Notes: generated from the sequence alone by a model not told the origin. 64,000 bases of DNA from Mobula hypostoma (GCF_963921235.1 NC_086123.1:14694001-14758000), one strand, 5' to 3'. Shown: positions 12,445 to 26,126, counted from the stretch's first letter. Program-made: numbers and translations.

Positions 12445-12990
12445 CACACAGAACACTGGAGGAACTCAGCAGGTCAGGCAGTGTCAATGGAAAAGAGTAA
12501 ACAGTTGCCGTTTAGGGCCATGAACCTTCTTCAGGACTGAGAAGCAAGGGGGAAGATGCCAGAATGAAAAGGTAAGGGGGAGGGAAAAGAGACTAGCTGG
12601 GATGATCTAGGTGAAGCCAGGTGGATGGGAAAGTCAAGGGCTGGAGAAGAAAGAATCTGATAGGAGAGGAGAGTGGGCAAAAGGAGAAAGAGGGGAGGAA
12701 GGGACCTTGAGGAAGTAATAGGCAGGTGAGAAGAGGTGAAAGGTCAGAGTGGAGAATAGAGGAAGGGGGGTAGAATTTGTTTCTAGGAGAAACCAATATT
12801 CATGCCATTGGATTGGAAGGTATCCAGATGGAATATAAGGCGTTGCTCCTCCACCCTGAGGCTGACCTCATCTTGGCACAAGAGGAGGCCATAGATCGAC
12901 ACGTAGGAATGGGAATTGGAATCAGACTTTAAAGTGTTTGGCCGCTGGGAAGTCCCGCTTCTGGCGAATGGTGTGGAGGTGCTTGCTCTG
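12445..12990 (-). mobile_element. Penelope-like element 3' fragment
   Basis: Reverse complement of the GIY-YIG C-terminal region (..RVEEQ..), CT-rich 3'UTR and hammerhead-bearing tail. Confidence 0.85.
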
Positions 12991-13442
12991 GATTACAGCT
13001 TGTTATCCAACAAAATCATTGATCTGGACTATGGCTGCTGTGGCCCCAATACTCATCCCTTCAGCAGCTCTCTATTCACAACCTGCCAGCCTAGTGATCG
13101 GTTTATTCCTACCGTCTAATGTGTGGCTGTTAACTTTTCCTCATTCTATACTGCCCAAATACTGTGAGCACTGGTTTTCTTAAACAATCTATTGCCTTCC
13201 ACCTTACCAAGTGTGTTCTGGGGGTACACTCTTGATACCCACACAATTTCCACCATTTCAGTTTTATCTTTTCTATTTGTTAGAAGCTCAAGAACATCTA
13301 AAAGTGCTGTAAAACGTGATTTCTGTCCCATATATCCATTTTACTTCTGCCCAATTCTATTACTGTTTTCCAAGAACCCAATTACCACTTTCTTAATACA
13401 GTACTAGATCCCCTAATTTTTCATACCAACAATGTTCTAGAG

Positions 13443-14164
13443 CAGGGGTTCCCAACCTTTATATAGTTATAGTCATAGTCATACGTTATTGATCTCGGGG
13501 AAAATTAGTTTTCGTTACAGTTGCACCATAAATAATAAATAGTAATAGAACCATAAATAGTTAAATAGTAATATCTAAATTATGCCAGTAAATTATGAAA
13601 TAAGTCCTGGACCAGCCTACTAGCTCAGGGTGTCTGACCCTCCAAGGGAGAAGTTGTAAAGTTTGATGGCCACAGGCAGGAATGACTTCCTATGATGTTC
13701 TGCACTGCATCTCGGTGGAATGCGTCTCCTGTACTCCTGTGCCCACCCAGTACATTATGTAGTGGATGGGAGACATTGACCAAGATGGCATGCAACTTAG
13801 ACAGCATCCTCTTTTCAGACACCACCGTGAGAGAGTCCAGTTCCATCCCCACAACATCATTGGCCTTACGAATGAGTTTGTTGATTCTGTTGGTGTCTGC
13901 TACCCTCAGCCTGCTGCCCCAGCACACAACAGCAAACATGAACGCACTGGCCACCACAGACTCGTAGAACATCCTCAGCATCGTCCAGTAGATGTTAAAG
14001 GACCTCAATCTCCTCAGGAAATAGAGACGGCTCTGACCCTTCTTGTAGACAGCCTCAGTTTTCTTTGACCAGTCCAGTTTATTGTCAATTCGTATCCCCA
14101 GGTATTTGCCATGGATTAGAACCATTAACCCAAGGGTCTGTGGACCTCAGGTTGAAATCCACTG
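13443..14164. mobile_element. ~80-bp hAT MITE split by a LINE; uninterrupted copy at 32806-32886
   Basis: Perfect 8-bp TSD ttctagag at 13435-13442 and 14165-14172; ends caggggttcccaacc / ggttgaaatccactg. Confidence 0.85.
13463..14106 (-). mobile_element. Rex1/Babar-type LINE 3' fragment
   Basis: ORF 13625-14125 KYLGIRIDNKLDWS..KKGQSRLYFLRRLRSF..FYESVVAS..WG; (gactat)n tail. Confidence 0.9.
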
Positions 14165-15297
14165 TTCTAGAGCCATTAGAAATTTAGAACATCATAGCTG
14201 TGACCTTCAAAATCCTAGGATGCAAGTCATCAAGTCTTCAGAACGTATCACTTTTCAGTCCCATTAATTTCTCCAATATATTTTACTGAGGCTACTAGCT
14301 TTGACTTTCATTTTCACTAGACCTGTCATTCTCCAGTATTTCCTGAAGGGTTTATTTTCCTTAAAGAGAGACATAAAATATTTGTTTAATTTCTTTGCCG
14401 TTTTCTTATTCCCCAATTTCTCCTGCCTCAGTCTGTAGGGGATTCACATTAACCTTGGCTGATCTTTGTCTTTATACATATTTATAGAAGGTTCTACAAT
14501 CCACCTGTTTCTTAGATATCCATGCAAGCCTATCCTTGAGACCTACCTTCCCTTCCTAATCAACAATTTGATGAGCGTGTTATATTTTCTCAGCTCGGCT
14601 TTGAGGACATCACCGGAGCTTTTTTATCTCTCCTGCAAATTGTTTCTTGCGGCAGTGTTCAGAGTTGTGTGCTTGCTTTGGGAATTCAGTCCAAGGCTTG
14701 CAACTAATAAAGGTGAAGACAGCATAGGCAGATATCCTGATCCTTATCAACAATTCTACGATTTGTGGGAATGGGTTCCAAAATCCTGGGGTCACAATGG
14801 CTTTTGGAAATTATAAACTTTACCACCTGCTATAAGCAAAATAAAGAAAAAGCATATAAAATGAAACACGTTGCTCACTTTATATACAGTATATTCCCAA
14901 GGTGCAGTCAATTGTACATTTGGCAATGTTATGTTAGTCATGGGGGATTTCAATATGCAGTTAGATTGGGAAAATCAGATTGGTGCTGGATCCCAAGAAA
15001 GGGGATTTTACAATGCCCACTTCTGTGGTGTGAATGAAGCCACTGGAGAAAAGTACTGGTAGATATGAAGGAGCTTTGTTATTCGACAACACAAGATACA
15101 GCAGGCATCATATGGAGATGCTTTCAGTTGAAAAGTCAGCCTATGCCCAGCCCAGCACTACACAGATCTTACGTGCTAAAGAACAAAGAAAAGTCAGGAT
15201 AAGTCAAAACAAATCCATATTTACATTCTTCCCACCATCACACCCAACACAAGTGTCGCCTCCTTGCAATGGAATGTTGATTGGACTCAGGCAGATG

Positions 15298-15426
15298 ATC
15301 AGCTAAGTGCCAGTTTCATGGTCAACCTGGTCTGTGAACCTGTTCAGAACTGCATTAAAATCCAATTAATGCAGTTCTGAACAGGTTCACAGACCAGGTT
15401 GACCATGAAACTGGCACTTAGCTGAT
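15298..15426. repeat. Perfect inverted repeat, 61-bp arms, 7-nt spacer
   Basis: 15298-15358 is the exact reverse complement of 15366-15426. Confidence 0.97.
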
Positions 15427-15745
15427 TTTACCTACAATGGTTGGTATATAGGCTTGTATGCAACATTTTGGACCAGTGGAAATGGTCCAGAAGGGTTGTA
15501 TGGAAACTATTATTACCATTTTTCTTAACAACTAATTTCATTACTTAGCCTAATAGGTTAGATTTACCACAGTACATAATTATCTATTTAAATGTTTATT
15601 TTCCTTTTATATCATCTCAATGTGTACTTAAGAATGTATAAATAATTGTAGTTTTATACATATAAAAAATGGAAAAGGTTATATGTGTGAAAAAAGTACA
15701 TGATAATTGTGAATTCCTTATCCAAATAAAAATAAAATTTAAAAA
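15367..15745 (+). mobile_element. Poly(A)-tailed L1/Tx1-like 5'-truncated insertion
   Basis: aataaa followed by an A-tract at 15725-15749; TSD aaaatccaat at 15357-15366 and 15746-15755; target tt|aaaa. Confidence 0.7.
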
Positions 15746-17587
15746 AAAATCCAATCCACAGTACATATTCAAATGTGAAGACTGGTAGCCAAATTCATTT
15801 GCTGAATGTAACTATGTTGAACCCAAAATCGCTCTAACACCTATGGGATGGCTTTCTAGACAACTTTTGGTTGAGGCCATTAGGGGAAAGGCAATTCTGG
15901 ACTGGGTGCTGTGTAATAAACCAAATTTGACTAGGGAGCTTAACATAAAAGAACCCTTAGGAGGCAATGATCATAATATCATAGAATTCACCCTGCAGTT
16001 TGAAAGGAAGCAGATAAAATCAGATAAATTGGTATTACAGTGGAGTAAAGGTAATTACAGAGGCATGAGAGAAGTGCTGGCCAAAGTTGATTGGAAGGGG
16101 ACACTAGCAGGGATGATGGCAGAACAGTAAAGGCTGGAGTTTCTGGACCAACACAGAAGGCAGAGGATAGATACTGTACACTCCAAAGATGAAGAATGTT
16201 GTGGATGTTGTGTACTTGGATTTTCAGGAGGCTTTTGACAAGTGTGGCTGCTAATCAAGTTAAGAGTCCATGGTATTACAGGGAAGATGCTAACATGGAT
16301 AGAGTATTGGCTGGATTGGCAGAAGGTTAAGAGTGGGAATAAAGGGAGCCTTTCTGGTTGGCTGGTGACTGGTGATGTTGGGTCTGCTTCTTTTCATATT
16401 ATATGGCAATGATTTTGATGACAGAATTGATGGCTTGGTGGCCAAGTTTGCAAATTATTTGAAGATAGATGAGGGACAGGTAAAATTGAGGAAGCAGGGA
16501 GGCTGCAGAAGGACTCAGACAGATTAGGAGGATGGGCAAATAAGTGGCAGATGGGATATAGTGTCGGGAAGTGTATGGTCATGCACTTTGACGGAAGAAA
16601 TAAAAGTGTAAACAATTTTCTAAATGGAGCGAAAATTCAGAACTCCAAGGTGCAAAGGGACTTGGGAGACCTTGTGCAGGACTCCCTAAAGGTTAATTTG
16701 GTGAGGCAGGCGAGAGCAATGTTAGCATTTATTTCAAGAGGACTAGAATATAAAAGCAAGGATGTAATGGTGAAGCTTCTTAAGGCACTGGAGTACTGAG
16801 AACTGTTTTGGGCCCCTTATCTGAGAAAGGATGTGCTGACATTGGCAAGGTTTCAGAAGAGGTTCACAAGAATTATTCTGGGAATGAAAGGGTTACCATA
16901 CGAGGACCGATTGATGGCTCTGGGCGTGTACTCACTGGAATTCAGAAGGATGAGGCAATATCAGTGGTAAGGAAGGCAAATGGAATGTTAACATTCATTT
17001 TGAGAGGACTAGGGAATAAAAAGCAAGGATGTAATGTTGAGACTTTATGAGGAGTATTGTGAGCAGTTTTGGGGCACTTATCTAAGAAAAGTTATACTAG
17101 CATTGTAGCAAGTCCAACAGATGTTCAGGAGAACGATTCTGGGAATGAAAGCCTAAACGTATGAGGATCATTTGATGTCTCTGAATCTTAGAAGAATGAG
17201 GGAGGACCTCATTGAAACCTATCGAATATTGAAAGGCCTAGAGAGAGTGGATGTACAGGGGATGTTTCCTATAGTGGGTGAGTCTGGGACCAGAGGGCAC
17301 AGCCTCAAAACAGAGGGACATCCATTTCCAACAGAAACGAGGAGGAATTTCTTTAACCAGACAGTGTTGAATCTGTGGAATTCATTATACAGTATCCCAA
17401 AACCTGATCCTGAATAATTGAGCCCAAATTCACCCCAACCACTGAAGTCAGGCTAACTGACTAACTGCAAGAAGTCCAAGATGCAGTTACAGAAACGGGT
17501 GTAGAGTACCAAAGAGGACACTTTACACACCAGCCTCTGAGGGATGATGAGCTGAAATCAATGAGCAACATCCTGGCGTATAAGGCA

Positions 17588-17750
17588 AACACGAGGAATT
17601 CTGCAGATGCTGGAAATTCAAGCAACACACATCAAAGTTACTGGTGAACGCAGCAGGCCAGGTAGCATCTCTAGGAAGAGGTACAGTCGACGTTTCAGGC
17701 CGAGACCCTTCGCCTGGCCTGCTGCGTTCACCAGCAACTTTGATGTGTTG
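17588..17750. mobile_element. Palindromic Penelope-tail mini-element
   Basis: Inverted tail halves; 15-bp TSD ctgg(c/t)gtataaggca at 17573-17587 and 17751-17765. Confidence 0.85.
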
Positions 17751-18373
17751 CTGGTGTATAAGGCATAGTTTCCTAGGTAGGACAATAAGGAGTGGAGGGC
17801 TGAGACTGTGGCATCATCAGACTTGAATAAAATTCTATAAAAATTTCAAAATAATGAAAATGTTTTGTCAGTTTTTATCAGTTTATAGTCCATACATAGT
17901 TTTGTGGTTCTACTTGTGTTTTATTAAACATTCAGAGAGCAGAAATTAACAGTCACAATTTTCAAACTTACACTAAAAATAAGTTTTAGGGGAAGAAAGG
18001 AACAATTGTCATTTTCAGAGACGTAAAGCTGGACTTACTCATCATCTGAAATATTTTCCGTTTTACTTGGTTGCTGCAGGTTATTCTTAGATTCCGTTAG
18101 GATTTTTAAAACTTACAGCATGTTTTAGATATATTTCATTTTCTTCGGTATAAATGATGTCAGAATCTGAATGGAACAAACCACCGCCTGGAAGGACAAC
18201 TTAATGTTCATCTTATTTCAGTGAAGGATTGAATTTTCTGTTCCGGGACACTATCTTTGTCAATGCTTTAAGGCTAACATTCAATTTTTGATTTTGTATG
18301 TCTCATTTTTCTGAGAGAGTTTTTCCCTCGAACCTAAGCAAAAAGACTATCAAATATCTGTTTTCATTAGTTA

Positions 18374-19900
18374 CTGTGCCTATAAAAAGTATTCACCCTC
18401 TCCCCGCAGAGGATTTCATGTGGATTTAATTTGGCATTTTTGACACTGATCAACAGATAAAGACTTCTGTGTGTCAAAGTGAAAACAGATCTCTACAAAG
18501 TGATCTAAATGAATTACAAATATAAAACACAAAATAATTGATTGCATAAGTATTCACCCCCTCCAAGTCAGTATATAGTAGCTGCACCTTCGGCAGCAAA
18601 TATAGCCTTGAGTCCGTGTGGATAGGTCTCTATCAGCTTGGCACATCTGGACACTGCAATTTTTCCCCATTCCTCTTTCCAAAACTGCTCAATCTCTGTC
18701 GGATTGCATGGGGACCATGAGTGTACAGCCCTTTACAAGTCCAGTCACAAATTCTCAATTGGATTGAGGTTTGGACTCTGACTTGGCCACTCCAGGACAT
18801 TAACATTATTGTTTTTTAAGCCATACCTGTGTAGCTTTGTCTTTATCGTTGGGGTCATTGTCTTGCTGGAAAACAAATCTACTCCCAAGTCACAGTTCTC
18901 TTGCAGACTGCATCAGGTTTTCCTCCAGGATTTCCCTATATTTTGTTGCATTCATTTTACCCTCTACTTTTACAAGCCTTCCAAGGGCTGCTACAGTGAA
19001 ACATCCCCACAGCATAATGCAACCACTACCATGCTTCACAGTAGGGGATGGTGTGTTTCTGGTGATGTGTGGTGTTCGGCTTACACCAAACATAGCGTTT
19101 AGTCTGAGGGATAAAAAGCTGAAGTTTGGTTTTATCTGACCATAGAACCTTCTTCTAGATGACTTCAAAGTCTCCCACATGCTTTCTGGCAAACTCTAGC
19201 TGAGATATCCTGTGAGTTTTTTTTCAACAGTGGCTTTCTCTTTGCCACTCTCCCATAGAGCTGTGACTGGTGACGCACCCAGGCAACAGTTGTATGCACA
19301 GTCTCTCCCATCTCAGCCACTGAAGCTTGTAACTCCTCCAGAGTTGTCACAGGTCTCTTGGTGGTCTCCCTCAGTAGTCCCATTCTTGCACGGTCACTCA
19401 GTTTTTGAGGACAGCTTGCTCTAGTTTCATTTACAGTTGTGCCATATTCTTTGCATTTCTTGATTATGAATTTATCTTTACTCCAAGGGATTTTCAGTGA
19501 CTTGGAAATTTTCTTATATCCATCTCCTGACTTGTGCTTTTCAATAACCTATTCACAGAATTATTTGGAGTGTTCTCTTCACTTCATGGCATAGTATTTG
19601 ACTCACCAGCAGATGGGCCTTCCAAATACAGGTGTATTTTTACTACAATCAATTGAAACACCTTTTCTGCACAAAGGTGATCTCCATTTAACTAATTATG
19701 TGACTTCTAAAACCAATTGGCTGAACCAGTGATGATTTGGTGTGTCATATTAAAGGGGGTGAACACTTTAGCAATCAATTATTTTGTCTTCTATGTATGT
19801 AATTAATTTAGATCACTTTATAGAGATCTGTTTTCAATTAGACCCAAAAGTGTCTTTTTCTGTTGATCAGTGTCAAAAAAAAAGCCGAATTAAATCCACT
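18374..19900 (-). mobile_element. Tc1 DNA transposon (long IR/DR-type TIRs), decayed transposase
   Basis: Starts TA|ctgtgcctataaaaagtattcacc. ~150-bp inverted repeats at ~18420-18562 and ~19752-19900, with duplicated aagtattcaccc in the left arm. Transposase motifs LYGRVAKRKPLL and PTVKHGSGCIMLWGCF. Confidence 0.95.
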
Positions 19901-20479
19901 GTGATTCAATGCTGTAAAAAAAAGGAAAGAAAACTAGTTCTCAATTGTCCTGATAAATAATTAGTTATTGTTCCAAATATTAAAACAGAATACATGTATC
20001 CAAATCCAACTTTTTTCTTCTACTACTCAAAATGAATAAAATCAAAATGATTAACACCATCAAAGCATTGCTACAAGTGCAGAGTTATTGGAAGCTGTTT
20101 CTCTGACTGCATTGGTACCAGAGACAAACAAATGATCGCGGTGATAAGAGAAGTCCTTTCAGTTCTTCAAGGCTGCTGTACTTTACATTCAGAACTTGGC
20201 TAATGTATGGTTTAATCCATTCATCTGGTTGGCTCATTAACCATCAATATACTTGGCCTATAAAAAGCTGTGATTCTATGATTTAAAATTATTTATTGAA
20301 CTATTAACCAATGACTTTGTGAGAAAATGTTTCACAATTCTTCCATCATTTGTGTGAACAAGTATTTATTAGATTCTATTGAAATGTGGAAGGTTATTTA
20401 TGGTTATGACTCATGACCTGGTCTCCCTCACCAGTAGAAAAGTTATTCTCTATCCACCCTTTTAGAATCCTAAGAACAA

Positions 20480-22510
20480 CTATAACCACCTCATAATCAC
20501 CTGATACCTATCTCTTGAAGAGGGCCCCACTGTGGACCATCAGAAAACTGTCTCCGACGCCACCACTGACATCATCAACTCTGGAGAGCTCCCATCCACC
20601 CTCACCAAAGTCGTAGTGCCCTAACCCTGCACTGCTCTCTTCTTCCTCCTACCCAAGATCCACAAACCAGACTGTTCAGGTAGGCCCATTGTTTCTGCCT
20701 GCTCATGCCCCACTGGATTCTTGTCCTTATACCTCGACTCCATTCTATCCTCCTTGGTTCAGTCCCTTCCCACCTACATCCACAACACTTCTCATGCCCT
20801 TGATCTCCTCATTAACTTTCAATTCCCTGACCCTCACTACCCCATTTTCACCACGGGTGTCCAGTCCCTATACACTTCTATCCATCATCATGAAGGCCTT
20901 AAAGTTCTCCACTTCTTTCTGATTTTAAGAACCGACCAGTTGCCCTCCACCACCACCCACCTCCATCTGGCAGAATTGATCATCACCCTCAACAAATTTT
21001 CCTTTGGCTGCTCCCTCTTTCTCCAGACTCAAGGGCTAGCCATGGGCATTCGCATGAGCCCCCGCCTTTGTGTTGGCTACGTAGAACAGTCCATGTTCCC
21101 AGCCTTCCCTGGTAATGCTCCTAAACTGTTCTTCCACTACGTTGATGACTGCATTGGTGCTGCTTCATGCACCCATGCTGAGCTCACCAATTTCATCAAC
21201 TTTGCCTCCAACTTCCACCCTGCCCTTAAATTCACTTTGTCTATTTCTGTCACCTACCTCCCCTTTCTCAATCACTCTGTCTCCATCTCTGGAAACAAAT
21301 TGTTGACCGTCATCTTTTATAAACCTACCGATTCCCATGGCGATCTTGACTTTACCTCTTCCCACCCTGTCTCCTACAAGAATGCTATTCCCTTTTCTCA
21401 GTTCTGTCGTCTCCACTGCATCTGTTCTTGGGATGAGACTTTCCTTTCAGAGATGTCCTCCTTCTTCAAAGAACAGAGTTTCCCTTCCTTCACCATTGAT
21501 GCTGCCCTCACCCGCAACTCTTCCATTTCCCAAACATCCACACTCAATCTATCTTCCTGTTGCCATAATAGTGATAACGTTCTTCTTGTCCTTACTTACC
21601 ACCCCATGAGCCTCTGCATCCAACAAGTCATTCTCCGCAACTTCCACCATCTCCAAAAGGATCCCACCACCAAACGTATCTTTGCCTCCACCCTCTCTGC
21701 CCTTCCGCAGGGATTACTCCCCTGTCCATTTGTCTGTCCCCACTAATCTCCCCGGGCACCTATCCCTGCAGTGGCCAAAGTGCTACACCTCCCTCACCTC
21801 TATTCAGCGCCTCAATCAGTCCTTCTCGCTGAGGCAACATTTCACTCGCGACTCTGTTTGGATTGTCCATTGTGTCCGGTGCTCCTGAAGCAGCCTCCTC
21901 CACAGTGGTGAGACCCATCCTAAATTGGGGACTACTTTGTCGAACACCTCCACTCCATCCGCCAACATGGAACTTCCTGGTGGCCAAACATTTTAACTCC
22001 TGTTCTCATTTCCGTTCCGATATGTTGGTTGATGGCCACAATAAGGCCACCCTCCAGGTGGAGAAGCAACACCTTGTATTTCATCTGCGTAGACTCAAAT
22101 CGGATGGCATGAGTATCTATTTGTCCTTCCAGTAAAAATAAAGTTTCCTTCCCCCTCCCCTTTTCTTCTATTCCCTCTCTGGTCTCTTACCTCTTCTCTA
22201 CCTGACGATCACCTTCCCCTCCTCCTTCCCTTTATCTTATGGTCCACTCAGATTCCTTCTTCTCCAGCTCCTTACCTTCCCTACGCACCCAGCTTCACCT
22301 ATCACCTTCTAGCCATCCTCCTCCCCCCCCCCCACCCACCATTTTATTCTGGCATCTTCCCCCTTCCTTTCCAGTCCTGAAGAAGGGTCTTGGCCCAAGA
22401 TGTTCATTGTTCATTCATTTCCATGGATGCTGCCTGGCCTGCAGAGTTCCTCCAGCATTTTATGTATGCTGCTTTGGATTTCCAGCATCTGCAGAACTTC
22501 CTGTGTTCAT
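20480..22510 (+). mobile_element. Penelope-like retroelement (RT, GIY-YIG remnant, pLTR tail), decayed
   Basis: ORF 20721-21746: VQSLYTSI, QTQGLAMG, HYVDDC, YKPTDSHG.LDFTSSHP..KNAIPFSQF. GIY-YIG C-terminus (LVAKHFNS..EKQHLVFHL). Tail with cctgaagaagggtcttggccc at ~22376. Confidence 0.95.
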
Positions 22511-23954
22511 AATCCTCTGCACATTTTTCATTATTTACTTCAGTTTCAATAGCAAACCACGGGCAGCTCCAAAAAGAACCATCTGCAATACCCTAAACAA
22601 CTCAGCCTAATATCTGGAATCACTGTCCTCTGCGACTCTGTCACAACCAAGTGAATAACTCCCAGTTACAGCCACGAGCTTTAACTTTAGCTGGCAGCCT
22701 CTTAACTGGAATTTTATTGAATGCCAGCTGAAAGTTCATTTAAATTATCTCCATGGACATACCCCTGTTGGCTGCTTTAATTACTTACCTCAACAATCCG
22801 GTTGTTTTGTTAGCCATAAGCTACTCTTCACAAAACTCACAATGGGGGTCTCTGATCAGTTAATATTTCTCCAGTGTTCCGTCACCCTCCTTCGTTGAAA
22901 ATTTCAGCAGCTTCAGTATAAAATCATGAAATCATACAATGTTTGTGTGATTAAGAACTAGAAGGCATCGGCTTAAGGTGAGAAGGGATAGATTTAATAG
23001 GAATGAGGGGCAATTTTGTTTCACAGAAGGTGATCTCTGTGTGTGGAATAAGCTGGTTGTGGCAGAGTCAATAACCACATTTAAAAGACACCTGGACATC
23101 TACAGTTTTATTTCCTTCTCTTTCCCTCTCACATTAACTCTTCGCCTGTTCTCCATCTTCCTCTGGTGCTCCCCTCTCCCCTTCTTTCTTCCAAGGCCTT
23201 CCGTCCTATGATACTCCCCCTTCTCCAGCCTTGTATCCCTTTTGCCAATCAACTTCCCAGCTCTTGGCTTCACCCCTCCCCCTCCTGTCTTCTCTACATT
23301 TGAAGTATTCTGGGGCGGTTTAAAGATACTGCTTTAAGAAGGCTGGGTAATATAATCTGTATTTTTAATATCTATATTATTAAGAAAATCTTAAGACCAT
23401 CCATACCAGGACATCTTCAAGGAGCGGTCTCGGAAATGCCACGTCCATTATTAAGGACCTCCAGCACCCAGGGCATGCCCTTTTCTCACTGTTACCATCA
23501 GGAAGGAGGTACAGGAGCCTGAAGGCACACACTCAGCGATTCAGGAACAGCTTCTTCCCCTCTGCCATCCGATTCCTAAATGGACATTGAACCCTTGGAC
23601 ACTATCTCACTTCTTTTGCTGAACGGATCCTGACCCGGATCTGGTCCGTACCCCCCAAATATCCGGACCTGCCTCTCGGTTTTTTTTTGCACTACCTTAC
23701 TTTCCCTTTTCTATTTTCTATTTATGATTTATAATTTAAATTTTTAATATTGACTATCGATTTGTAATCCAGGGAGCACGAGGCGCAGAATCAAATATCG
23801 CTGTGATGATTGTACGCTCTAGTATCAATTGTTTGGTGACAATAAGGTAAAGTAAAGTAGTATTTCTATTTTTGCATGATTTTTAATCTATTCAATATAT
23901 ATACTGTAATTTATTTACTTACTTATTTATGAAGACATAATTATTTAATATTTA

Positions 23955-24165
23955 GCAACACACGCAAAATGCTGGAGGAATTCAGCAGGTCAGGCAGCGT
24001 CTATAGAAATGAATAGACAGTCAACGTTCCCGGCCAAGACCGAGGACTGAGAAGGGAGGGGGAAGATGACAGAATCAAAAGGTGGGGGAAGGGAAAAGAG
24101 GCCGGCTGGAAGGTGATAGGTGAAGCCAAGTGGGTGGGAAAGGTCAAGAGCTGGAGATGAAGGGA
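23955..24165 (-). mobile_element. Penelope-like 3' tail fragment
   Basis: Reverse complement of the 22240-22470 tail. Confidence 0.8.
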
Positions 24166-24469
24166 TTTTAGTACGATAATGTACAAAGTAATACTTCAAA
24201 ACATGTGGGGGGGTTTTTTACAGCACACAATATTCTAAACAATGGTAGCTGGATAAATGGAACATGAAGTTTTACATTAAAGATAATGTAACCTATGTAA
24301 TTGAGCAGAAATGGGAATTTTAACAGTTTCCATTTATTATCTCTAGAAAAATAATAATGAGAAACTATAATAATAAGATCAAAAACCAGTACACTCCGGG
24401 AATGTGAACACAAAATCTGGATTGTTCTGAAGGTGTGCTCCATCACTGGAATTGCCTATTTCAAGCTAC

Positions 24470-24760
24470 AATGTTGATTAAAGACCTGCCATCTCAGGTG
24501 TAAATAAGAAAAATCCCAAGGCAGTATTTTTTTAAGAAAAGCACGAGACTAGTCCCTGTTGCCCTGGCTTAGATTTATTCCTCAATAAACACCTTAAAGG
24601 AAATTGGGTGGCTATTATCAAATCTACAGAATCTTGGCAGGCTCAAAGCATTTGCCAAATGTGCATTACAACACTGATTGCACTTCAAAACTGCTATATT
24701 AGAAATGAAGCCCTTGGCGACTCCTGAGGTTGTGGAAAATTATATATGAAATGCAAGAGT
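24470..24760 (+). mobile_element. Ancient DeuSINE (SacSINE1/AmnSINE-like) remnant
   Basis: Deu-domain-like ctcaggtg..aaaatccca.ggca.tatt..aagaa.agca..tccc..tg.cctgg..atttatt.ctcaa and 3' tacaaca.tga..cacttcaaaa..tcctgagg.tgtg.aa..tatat.aaatgcaag. Recognised from memory of the consensus, not aligned. Confidence 0.7.
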
Positions 24761-26126
24761 TTTTTTGTAATGGACCTTACTGTGGTGGTAGTGAATAGCA
24801 TTATTCTCATGCCACTCAGTTAGCTGGTTCCACATCGGATGAGTTCACATACTGTACAAGCCGGGTTATCAATGAAGTTTAGTTGGGTATCTTGCATGCT
24901 GGTGTCCTGGTGTGCTCTGCACTCTCCCCTAATAATGAATACAACACTTACTTTATTGAGTTTACATTCATGAGCTCCTAATGCAACACTGAGATTTTTA
25001 ACTCATCAGCATTGCACTATTTCAAGGGACAAATATCATGAGATGCCATCGCTGAGGATAGTGAGTCCAGTTAACAGTGTTTGCTGAAATATATGGATCA
25101 TGCCGCTGCCCGCGCCATTTGTGTTTCAGACTCTGTGGTAGTGTTGTGAGCATGGCCTTAACTGCAGCGAATACTGTTGATTGTATTGGGGCCAAATTAT
25201 GATAAACATCTGCTCAATATTTTCAATGATGGCCTCACTGGAGAAGTGGGCATGTCCCAGGAAATGATGGTCTCTCGCACATAATAACATAACTCCTCAT
25301 GGCAACATTTCTTTGAACTTCTGCAACTTAATATTGGTGTGCACTGTAAAGGTGTCTTTAGAAGGCTCAAGATTTTAGCAAATTTCAGCTGTTACTTTGA
25401 TGTTTATCCAAAAGAATCATAAAGAAGTAAGTTAATGGACTTAATGCTCAATTCACTGATAATGATTTCCCCTTTTTCTTTAATAGGCTTCCTTACTCTG
25501 CATTGCTTCCACCAGTGGTCCAACTATCAATCCTCTTGACACTTTTAATCAAAAAATTTATTGGATTATGGTCTTTCATTAAGCTGAAAATGATCAAAGT
25601 CCCAGCCAAACATATGAAGACAAAATATTGACAATTTAGGTTTTTTTTTTGATTGTTTTGGAATACATTGGCAGTGCTAGCAAGACTAACAATAATGCCC
25701 ATGTTTAATTGTCCTTGAGAAGCTGGTAATATGCTGTCTACTTGAAGCCCATGCCTAATTATCCTTGATAAAGCGCTGTCCACTTGAATTCCTTTTGGTG
25801 AAGGTATGCTCATGATCTTATTGGTCAGGTGCTCGAGCAGGTTTGGGAAGTGCTGTCAACTACAATGCAGCAGGTTCTGCCACCTGTCTTGTAAATTTTA
25901 CACCATGTGCTTTAAACACAGTTAAAAGTGAATATCCAGGCTGCAGAATGAATATACTGCATATGAATAAATATTCAGCATGCCAGTCAGATAGGTGGAT
26001 AAGTCCATTTCTTGAGTGTTGTTGGAGCTGCTCTTAGCCAGGCAAGTGGGAAGTGTTAATCTGGATCACTTTGATGCTGTTTGTGGTTGCCACCTGTGCC
26101 ACACTCATGCCTACACTAAATCTGAT

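Larger units (their letters stand above)
14900..17390 (+). mobile_element. Fragmented CR1 LINE(s) (APE endonuclease to RT C-terminus), interrupted at ~15017-15839
   Basis: VMGDFN at ~14935; RGKAILDWVLCN..KEPLGGNDHNIIEF from 15843; RT C-terminal motifs to 17390, partly duplicated. Confidence 0.85.

Noticed and set aside
15017-15839. Host insert as a solo LTR (tg..ca-like ends)
   Set aside because: It clearly interrupts the CR1, but no convincing TSD was found, so the class is left unassigned.
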